From: Promethearchaeota archaeon
GTDB lineage: Archaea > Asgardarchaeota > Odinarchaeia > Odinarchaeales > JBHLKK01
NCBI GenBank assembly: GCA_048939465.1
Contig: JBHLPL010000005.1
Location: forward strand, 23,365 to 38,664
Direction: 5' to 3'
DNA length: 15,300 nucleotides
Positions 1 to 7,039 of this stretch are shown one piece after another (within the stretch, counting starts at the first letter, position 1; each line of letters begins with the position of its first letter). The notes under the pieces were generated by a model, which saw only the letters and a program-made list of their open reading frames with translations, ran no database searches and was not told the DNA's origin. The position numbers were made by a program, and so were the translations under genes.

Positions 1-1044
1 AATAATAATGCTGGCCTTCTCGAGCAGTTGCTCTATCAACATTCCATCGCCATGGTTTGTGATATCTACCAGTATGGTATGAGACTCAGTAAAACCTTTT
101 GATTCTCCAAGAACGTTAAATCCTCGTTCATGTAGCGATTGAGACAAAGCTTTGGCATTCTTGATAATCTGCGTTGTATAAGTATTCCCGTATTCAAGCA
201 TCTCTGCGAGTACCACTGCCAAGCCTGCAACATTGTGTAAGTGGTGGTTACTCAGCATTCCGGGAAAAGAAGCTTTCTTGATATATTCTGCATACTTATT
301 CCAAGAAAGAACCAAACCGTGTTGAGGGCCAGGCAATGTTTTGTGCGTGCTCAAAGACACGGAATCGGCACCCTCCCGTAGGGGATCTTGGAACTTGTTG
401 CAGCCAATCAATCCTGCTACATGAGCCGCATCATAGTTGATGAAGGATCCGAATTCATCGGCAATAGGACGGAGCTCCTTCACGGGATGGGGAAATGGGA
501 AAACACTTCCCCCAAACTGGAATAATGTAATATGTTTACCTTTTTTCTCAAGTCTCCTTACTTTCTTAATCGTTTCATCAACGTCGATATTGAGTTCTTC
601 TTCGTTATAAGGAAAATACTGAACCTTTAAGCCGTGCACCTTTCCGGCTGTTCCCCAAAGCTTACTTTTGGCCGAACTTATGTGACCGCCGGTAGGAATG
701 GAAAGCGCCATCATGCGATTACCCGGTTTCGTGAAGGCTGTGTAGATTACGAGATTAGCCACAACGCCGGAAATTGGACGAACGTCAGCAAATTCAGCTT
801 TGAACAGTCTCTTTGCCAGATCCATAGCAATCATTTCTACTTCATCGATGTAGATTGTGCCAGCATATACTCTTTCGCCAGGCCATCCTTCAGCATATCT
901 GTCTCCAAAATCAGTTACTATGGCTTCTCTAACAGCAGGAGAGGCAACATTTTCGCTTGCAATTAGGTTTATTGAACTTTTCATCCATTCATGATGCTTT
1001 CGAAGGAGCGAAAAAATCGTGTCATAGATTTCTTTCGAGCTCAA
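1..1044 (-). CDS. glyA: Serine hydroxymethyltransferase, 3' end runs off the window
   Basis: Not in the ORF track because there is no stop in the window. Manual translation gives LSSKEIYDTIFSLLRKHHEWMKSSINLIASEN...DRYAEGWPGERVYAG...GGHIS...YDAAHVAGLI...STHKTLPGPQHG (PLP-lysine motif)...SNHHLH. Probable TTG start at 1044 with GGAGG upstream. Confidence 0.96.
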   Translation of the reverse strand, partial: MSSKEIYDTIFSLLRKHHEWMKSSINLIASENVASPAVREAIVTDFGDRYAEGWPGERVYAGTIYIDEVEMIAMDLAKRLFKAEFADVRPISGVVANLVIYTAFTKPGNRMMALSIPTGGHISSAKSKLWGTAGKVHGLKVQYFPYNEEELNIDVDETIKKVRRLEKKGKHITLFQFGGSVFPFPHPVKELRPIADEFGSFINYDAAHVAGLIGCNKFQDPLREGADSVSLSTHKTLPGPQHGLVLSWNKYAEYIKKASFPGMLSNHHLHNVAGLAVVLAEMLEYGNTYTTQIIKNAKALSQSLHERGFNVLGESKGFTESHTILVDITNHGDGMLIEQLLEKASIII

Positions 1045-1265
1045 TAATTCTTCCTCCACATCGTGTTGATGGACATTTTCTTATTCTTGAATTTAAAAGC
1101 ATTTGCCAAGTCTCGTAGAGTTCCGTCTATCTTCCCTAAGAAGACTTCATCTGATATGAGGGAAATGAATTGCGGTAGATTTAAATATTCTCTCAAATAC
1201 TCAAGATTGAGCTCTGTGAATTCGGGCAAAGAAAAAACCCTTTCTAACAAGAGACCAAGCTCCAT
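1041..1265 (-). CDS. Possible small hypothetical protein (74 aa); may instead be the glyA/secG intergenic promoter region
   Basis: Its TGA overlaps the glyA TTG (TTGA coupling). No recognisable motif, and its ATG lies only about 24 nt from the divergent secG start. Confidence 0.3.
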   Translation of the reverse strand: MELGLLLERVFSLPEFTELNLEYLREYLNLPQFISLISDEVFLGKIDGTLRDLANAFKFKNKKMSINTMWRKNY

Positions 1266-1288
1266 GTTTTGTGGGAGGTAATAGGACT

Positions 1289-1474
1289 ATGTCCAAGAGA
1301 AGGCGTGAAGAGGGTACAGTTCCGATTGCTGGTGCAGGGTTAATTAGATTCTTCCAAGAGGAGTCACGAGGAGTAAAAATAGGCCCCACAGCAGTCATAA
1401 TACTTTCAATAATGTTGATGGTTGGGGTGGCATTTGCAACACTCCGCAGTGCAGGAATAATCCCCTTCCCGTAA
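1289..1474 (+). CDS. secG: Preprotein translocase subunit Sec61beta (archaeal SecG)
   Basis: MSKRRREEGTVPIAGAGLIRFFQEESRGVKIGPTAVIILS: typical AGLIRFFxEE..G.KI.P motif plus a single C-terminal TM helix. GGGAGGT SD upstream of ATG 1289 (the track start 1271 is probably too long). Confidence 0.92.
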   Translation: MSKRRREEGTVPIAGAGLIRFFQEESRGVKIGPTAVIILSIMLMVGVAFATLRSAGIIPFP

Positions 1475-1480
1475 GAATCT

Positions 1481-2539
1481 TCATTTAACGAATGTACTTA
1501 GTTTGGTCTGCTTTGTACTTCTCTTGAAGAAGTAATCATAATCATTTGGGCTATCAGTGATGGGCATCGCGTCTATGCCCAATTTCCTTTTGATATGTCT
1601 GGCAAATTGCTTCGTATAGCCGTAAACTGTGTAGACTTCTGAAGGTGAACTCTCAGAAATGTAATCCAGAAGTTGACCAAAGTCAGCATGACTGCTTAGC
1701 ACAAACGCTTCGTTCAACTCTCTCGTCTTGAAACGAGTTCCCCATCCGGTCACAGCTGCAGAGGATATTTCCCTGTCCTTTAGAGATGGAAGTGTTCTTA
1801 GAGAAGGTACTATACATACACACTCACCGCCCAGAAGAATTTCTTTTCCCTCCTCATCTGAAAAACTCTTGTAATTGAGTCTAATTCCACTTTCTGCGTA
1901 TACATCACTTATTTCCTTGATTACGGGATGAACCACAACAGGAATGCTCGTATATTCGTTCATAATTTTGATTACTTCTTGTCCTTTTCCTAGAGGATAA
2001 ACACAAAAAACAGGCATCTTTTGTTTGCAGACTCTCTTGGCGCTCCATTCTGCCATTTCTAAGTAAACATCCTCACGAGGGGGAAAAGTGTACATAGGAG
2101 AGCCGTACGTTGATTCAATAATCAGAATATCGCTATCCAATATTTCAGCCCTAGAAAGCGTAAGAGATTCCACAACGTTTATGTCAGAAGTGAAAACCAG
2201 AGTCTCTTCTCCATCGTCTATTTTGACTTGAGCAGAACCAAGCACATGTCCAGCGTCGTGGAATGATATCTTGAGATTACCGAAAGATACATCCTTACCA
2301 TACTTGACTACATCACTGTTGAAAATCCTTTTCTTGGTTCTCGTCTGAAATATCTTCATAGTCTCTGAAGTAGCAAGCTTCCTTGAGGGGTTTAGGAATC
2401 CGTGAACGTGATCAAAGTGAGCATGTGAGACAGTTATGAGATCCGCATCTATTTTGGAGTTGCGTGGATCTAAAGCTATTCGGTGTCTCCCTAAATCAAG
2501 ACACGTACCGCCGCTCCAGATTGGACGAAGCAGATTCAA
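1481..2539 (-). CDS. Metallo-beta-lactamase / beta-CASP family nuclease
   Basis: SHAHFDH (HxHxDH), DAGHVLGSA, FTSD, IESTYG and SSHAD motifs. TTG start with AGGGGA SD. Confidence 0.9.
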   Translation of the reverse strand: MNLLRPIWSGGTCLDLGRHRIALDPRNSKIDADLITVSHAHFDHVHGFLNPSRKLATSETMKIFQTRTKKRIFNSDVVKYGKDVSFGNLKISFHDAGHVLGSAQVKIDDGEETLVFTSDINVVESLTLSRAEILDSDILIIESTYGSPMYTFPPREDVYLEMAEWSAKRVCKQKMPVFCVYPLGKGQEVIKIMNEYTSIPVVVHPVIKEISDVYAESGIRLNYKSFSDEEGKEILLGGECVCIVPSLRTLPSLKDREISSAAVTGWGTRFKTRELNEAFVLSSHADFGQLLDYISESSPSEVYTVYGYTKQFARHIKRKLGIDAMPITDSPNDYDYFFKRSTKQTKLSTFVK

Positions 2540-2582
2540 TTCCCCCTAAGTTATCATCGTTGGAACATCATTCCTATTATTA

Positions 2583-3155
2583 CTAACTTATATTCAGTCC
2601 TTCTTTTAATTTTCCCAGTTCACTCTCGGATAGCTTCTCGACAGTTACACGAGAGGAATCTTCGGCGACTATTGCGCTGTTTCCGAGGGGGTCCTCAACT
2701 ATTAAAGTGAAGGCACGTTTGCCCTCTATGGCCTCATCAATAATATTGGCAACTCTAGTGGCGCGTTCCTTTTTGGAAGGTTCCTCAGAAAATCGTTTCG
2801 CCATCTCTACTGCATCTTTAAACCTATAAAGAATGCCTTCTATGTTTGATATAAAGGCCTGTGCGACTGTTCCTGGTTCCATTGATATGCCAAATTCGGG
2901 TATTCTTATTGCGCCAGTGTTACTGCGAATAACCTTGATGGTGAGGTCATCAACTCCGCCTACTTTAACCGAGTGCCTGCTGGGTTCTCTTGCATCTAAG
3001 ATTAAGATGTTGTTCTGTTTGAAAAGGCAACTTGGGCACCTTACAGTTGTTATCAAAACCGAGCCAAAATGAGGTATGCTAACCTGCTCAGTGAGATACA
3101 CCAAATCCTTTTGCTTGCATACAGGACATAACATCCTGCCAGAGAATTCAGCCAT
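2583..3155 (-). CDS. zpr1: ZPR1 zinc-finger domain protein
   Basis: CPVC...IPHFG...CPSC zinc finger, then KVIRS..G.I.IPEFG..MEPG...FISNIEGIL and LIVEDPLGNSAI. Confidence 0.93.
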   Translation of the reverse strand: MAEFSGRMLCPVCKQKDLVYLTEQVSIPHFGSVLITTVRCPSCLFKQNNILILDAREPSRHSVKVGGVDDLTIKVIRSNTGAIRIPEFGISMEPGTVAQAFISNIEGILYRFKDAVEMAKRFSEEPSKKERATRVANIIDEAIEGKRAFTLIVEDPLGNSAIVAEDSSRVTVEKLSESELGKLKEGLNIS

Positions 3156-3195
3156 TGAGATCCCTCGAGTTAGTTAAACCAAAATCAGTGCCAAG

Positions 3196-4791
3196 CTAAC
3201 CATCTAGCTTGACCCGCTTCTTTTTCACAGGCTCAACCAAACCAGTAATACCTATGAATACTGGTCCTCGAATATCAATCTTGTTGTTTTTTGACATTAT
3301 GTAGCGTCGTATCGATTTATCTACGTCTATGTTGATATCTGAAGGTTGCTTGGATATCCTTATCCTGATTTTAACCTCTCCTTCGCCTTTTTCGATCAGA
3401 TCCTCCAACCCTTTTGCTGCAACCGCCGCAATCGAATCCAGATATCGAATTCCAGTGTCGAAGCCCCTCTCTGAAATCTCCCTATCAGGAATAATCCCGA
3501 TAATACTCCCATTAAGTACCCATAATTGGTTTAAAGCAGCGGGTCCAAGGAGTTTTACCCCTGGATCAGTTTCCCAGACCGTTACCCGAACGTTTTTTTC
3601 CTTGACTTCACCCTTCCAGGCGATGAATTCTGCCGGGGTCGGCATATCCTTGTTTTCTTCAGCCACTCTGACAATGCTTTTCATAATTTCTTTTCCAATT
3701 TTTGATACAGGTTTGTCCTTTATTTTCACGCCTTTCGCGATTTCTTCGTCTGAGTACTCAACCTCTTTGTAGAAATAGGGGTACACAAGCCTTCTGATAT
3801 CCTCTTCTCCCGTTTGGATCATTACGCAACGCTCCACACCAAATCCAGCGTTCAGAACAGGGTATTCTATGCCAAACTTTGCAAGAGAAATCGGGCTATA
3901 AAATCCTCCATCTCCTAATTCAATCCAATCTTTCGCTGTGGGGTGACGTACAAAAATCTCGAATTCTGTGCCAGGAGCATAGTACTTCGAAGTTGTTTTC
4001 TTCATTTCAAATCTTACAGTTTTAAACCCTAGTCTGTTAAGAACCATTTCAGCTATTTGCATACCATCCGTCAAAGAAAGCTCATCTGCAAGAACTACAT
4101 AGGAGACCGTATAAGAGGAGTAAAGGTGTGTTTGATCGAGTCTTTGCTCTCTACGGAATTTTTCCCCGACTGTGAAGAGTTGAATAGGAAGCAGAGATTT
4201 ATGTTTAACCTCAGCGAGAACGGGAAACCACAATGCGGTCATGTGAGACCTTAGCGTTTGATCAGTAGGTTTAGGCCTTAACTTTTTGAATTCTACAAAA
4301 ACCGAGTCGATCATGTTAGCGGCTTGTTCTTCGCTTATTCCAAGTCTTAACACCAATATTTCTATCAGATCATCAGCGTTTATTTCTCCGGTTTTATATT
4401 CTCTCAGTACACTCTTCAATTCTTCTGTTTTGTCAAAATCAGGAATGATTCTTCGGATTTCTTCCATTTTCCTTTTACCAAGACCTATGTCGGCGCGAGG
4501 AAGGGTCGCCAGATAAAAGACCCGATCAAGTATTACTGCCGCCTCAGGTCCGTATTCCTTGTAAACCTCTTCCTCTCTGACAATTGTCGGCAAAATCACT
4601 TCTTCAAAACCTAACCCAGTAAGTACTTTCCTGGCCTCTTGGATGAAATCTAATACCGGATGTGTCTTACCGCCCTTCCTTAATTTAAAATCCCCTTTCT
4701 TGCCTTCTAATATCTTAGCGGTTTCTATCCATGCCTTTTCATAATCCTCTTCAGCTTTTCTGAGGATTTCATGAATATTAAATTTGGTCAT
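3196..4791 (-). CDS. sepS: O-phosphoseryl-tRNA(Cys) synthetase (SepRS)
   Basis: N-terminal AWIET, GKTHPV, LGFEEV, KEYGPEAAVILDRVFYLATLPRADIGL, TLRSHMTA, FRREQRLD.THL, SKYYAPGTEFE, GFGVER and LLGPAALN are all characteristic of SepRS. Confidence 0.95.
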   Translation of the reverse strand: MTKFNIHEILRKAEEDYEKAWIETAKILEGKKGDFKLRKGGKTHPVLDFIQEARKVLTGLGFEEVILPTIVREEEVYKEYGPEAAVILDRVFYLATLPRADIGLGKRKMEEIRRIIPDFDKTEELKSVLREYKTGEINADDLIEILVLRLGISEEQAANMIDSVFVEFKKLRPKPTDQTLRSHMTALWFPVLAEVKHKSLLPIQLFTVGEKFRREQRLDQTHLYSSYTVSYVVLADELSLTDGMQIAEMVLNRLGFKTVRFEMKKTTSKYYAPGTEFEIFVRHPTAKDWIELGDGGFYSPISLAKFGIEYPVLNAGFGVERCVMIQTGEEDIRRLVYPYFYKEVEYSDEEIAKGVKIKDKPVSKIGKEIMKSIVRVAEENKDMPTPAEFIAWKGEVKEKNVRVTVWETDPGVKLLGPAALNQLWVLNGSIIGIIPDREISERGFDTGIRYLDSIAAVAAKGLEDLIEKGEGEVKIRIRISKQPSDINIDVDKSIRRYIMSKNNKIDIRGPVFIGITGLVEPVKKKRVKLDG

Positions 4792-4854
4792 CCTACTGTT
4801 CCTCTTTGTGGTCCGAATCAGTTACTGACAGAAATGGATCACAAACGTGTTAAT

Positions 4855-5499
4855 TCATCTTTCCTTACCATATTTCATCATTTCTTGTGATAGTTTCTTC
4901 ATTTCCTTGATTAGTTTTTCACGTTGAATTGCATTCATAACGTCTCCTCGAGTTTTTTCGAGCAGGGCTCTAGCAATATCGCATTTGCGTCTCAGTCCAG
5001 GAACTAACGATTTAGGATACTCGATTGAAGACAATACCGCATATATCTCCTCCATGAGATCCAAAGCGTGTTCAGCATTTTTGACATTTTCTTTGCGAAT
5101 TGCATTTAAGCTGTGCCTACGCAGCTCGCCAACCAAATCGCCAATACCTAATAGATAACTCCGATATGGTACCTCTAGTTCTTCAGGCGATAGGAAGACA
5201 TCGCCTTTTAGCAGGGAAACTAATATTCTTGCCTCGGTATATTCTTGATAAGCGGTCATCATTAGATTTGAATAGTGGAGCTTAGGATACTTCATAAGAG
5301 CTTCACGAATTTCATTCAATATTTTCTTTGCATTAGAGTTCTTTTCGGTGGCTTCTTCGAATTCAAATCTGTGAGCGGCACTGACTGCTTCCCCGGATAA
5401 ACGTATTGATTTCCTTATGCCTTCTAGAGCTTCTGTTTTTATCTTATCCTCCTCTTCCAAGATCGTTCTTATCCTTTCTGTGATTTCATTCAAATTCAA
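4855..5499 (-). CDS. Translin family protein (archaeal Trax/C3PO-like)
   Basis: All-helical 214 aa protein with REEAL-like KTEAL, AYQEYTEA, YLLGIGDLVGELRR and LRRKCDIAR..LEKT motifs. TTG start with GAGGTG SD. Confidence 0.9.
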   Translation of the reverse strand: MNLNEITERIRTILEEEDKIKTEALEGIRKSIRLSGEAVSAAHRFEFEEATEKNSNAKKILNEIREALMKYPKLHYSNLMMTAYQEYTEARILVSLLKGDVFLSPEELEVPYRSYLLGIGDLVGELRRHSLNAIRKENVKNAEHALDLMEEIYAVLSSIEYPKSLVPGLRRKCDIARALLEKTRGDVMNAIQREKLIKEMKKLSQEMMKYGKER

Positions 5500-5515
5500 A
5501 ATAATCCACCTCTTC

Positions 5516-6502
5516 CTAGGCTACTTTTATAGATTCCTTCAACCGGCTCAGGAGAACTACTCTACTTTCAATACTCTCGTTAATGATTTCATAACTAGAT
5601 TCTTCGCAGATTCTTTCTGCGAAGTTCTTTACTGTATCATGTCTTGGCATGTTCTTTGAGATCATCCTAAGCTGCGCCCCACCGATAAACATCGCCGCCT
5701 TGACTTCAACATATGTGCAGTTGGACATATCTATGAGTCTAGCGTATCCTTTGGGATCAATCATGTTATATCCCTCCACCATTGTTAATCTTAGCACGGT
5801 CGGACAGCTGAAAGCAGGAAGCAATTCGATTGTTTCAATTAGTCTCTCCCAACCATCTCGAAGAAGTGATCTACATACTCTTTTATGAGTGGCTCTATTC
5901 GGCGCACTCACTGATACATAAAGTTGTGTTGGTTCTGATAGATTTCCTAACCGTTTTGGCAGGATGCCATTTGTTACTACAAAGGCCGTAAAACCCCTCC
6001 TTCTAATAATCTCAACCATTTCACTTAAGCGAGAGTATAGTAGCGGTTCTCCAGACAGACTTATTGCAAAGTGCCGAGGTTCCATTGCCTCATTCCATTT
6101 CTCCCAACTCACTCGTGCGTGAGAGAGTGGTTTATAACCTGTGAGGATTCGTCTTTGCTCGAGAATGCATTCATCGATTATTGTTTCGGGATCATCGGCC
6201 TTTCCGTGCATTAATGCCATCTGATTCCAATTAAGCTTGTAATCTCCTGGCATTATGCGCCAACAATAGATACATTGGTTAGTGCACCAGATAACACTGG
6301 GGGTACACTGGACGCATCTATGGCTTTCTATGCCATAGAACTTATGTTTATAGCAATACTCGCCTTTAACCAAGCTATTATGAAGCCATCTGCACTTCTT
6401 GATAGCACTATGTTGACCCACCAAGTGGTACTTTTGTCGTCTCAAAATTGTCTTAACATCATCTGGTACCACAACTTCACGAGATTTGCTTATTTCCAAC
6501 AT
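5516..6502 (-). CDS. taw1: 4-demethylwyosine synthase (radical SAM, TYW1/Taw1)
   Basis: QKYHLVGQHSAIKKCRW, CYKHKFYGIESHRC, CTNQCIYCWR (CxxxCxxC), HFAISLSGEP and YVEVK. Start ATG 6502 preferred over the track's 6544. Confidence 0.95.
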   Translation of the reverse strand: MLEISKSREVVVPDDVKTILRRQKYHLVGQHSAIKKCRWLHNSLVKGEYCYKHKFYGIESHRCVQCTPSVIWCTNQCIYCWRIMPGDYKLNWNQMALMHGKADDPETIIDECILEQRRILTGYKPLSHARVSWEKWNEAMEPRHFAISLSGEPLLYSRLSEMVEIIRRRGFTAFVVTNGILPKRLGNLSEPTQLYVSVSAPNRATHKRVCRSLLRDGWERLIETIELLPAFSCPTVLRLTMVEGYNMIDPKGYARLIDMSNCTYVEVKAAMFIGGAQLRMISKNMPRHDTVKNFAERICEESSYEIINESIESRVVLLSRLKESIKVA

Positions 6503-6628
6503 AGGAGAGACCTTCTTAGAGACATTGCAGATATCGAAAATCAAACAGAATTCAAGTAATGAAGTCGTTTGTTAGGGATTTCGTGTATTAACTGACCCGA
6601 TTCTCTGAGGCCCAAATCTCCTCAACGC

Positions 6629-6977
6629 TCAATCCTTGTGCGATTCCTGAGAAAGATCGCCCGACTCTTCAGAAGACTCTGAAGTGGTCGGAGCAGTTTG
6701 CGACTCTGCTTCAGTACTTGCCTGATAGTTGTCTACGATTGAGAGACGGATCAAAAATGAATCCTGCCAAATCCCCGTAGACATCTACCGCTTCTGATAA
6801 GCGATGAATGGCCAATTTTCTCTCAACACCGCAATTACTGCAACGAATATCAGCTACCCCTTGAACCCTAAACAACTCCACACGAACTGCCTGTTTTCCA
6901 CAAGCAGGACATGTAAAGATTGAGGGGATAGTGGGTTTAGGTCTAGTCACGATTTTCTTCCTTCGTCTGCGCCCCAT
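6629..6977 (-). CDS. elf1: Transcription elongation factor Elf1, spliced: join(complement 6770..6977, 6629..6738), 105 aa
   Basis: MGRRRRKK...FTCPACG...CSNCG zinc ribbon, GGAGG SD. After removing 6739..6769 the protein reads SEAVDVYGDFVDNYQASTEAESQTAPTTSESSEESGDLSQESHKD*. Unspliced, it shifts frame after YGD and stops at 6711 (88 aa). Elf1 identity is certain; the spliced model is an inference. Confidence 0.88.
6739..6769 (-). other. 31-nt BHB intron in elf1 mRNA
   Basis: Minus strand: GUCUACG-GGGA-UU^U-GGC-A-GGAU-UCAUUUUUG-AUCC-GUC-UCUC-AA^U-CGUAGAC. This gives a 7-bp exon helix, a 4-bp central helix GGGA/UCUC, two 3-nt bulges and an intron helix. Cutting after bulge nt 2 restores the frame and the conserved residues. 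Confidence 0.85.
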
Positions 6978-7039
6978 ACATAGTCCTCCATGAATGGTTC
7001 TTTATTTGAAATACTAATCTTCCCTGACCGAGGGTTATA

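Noticed and set aside
6711-6977. 88-aa Elf1 as given in the ORF track
   Set aside because: It loses family similarity right after YGD. The BHB-spliced model restores FVDNY and uses the otherwise empty 6629-6710 region.
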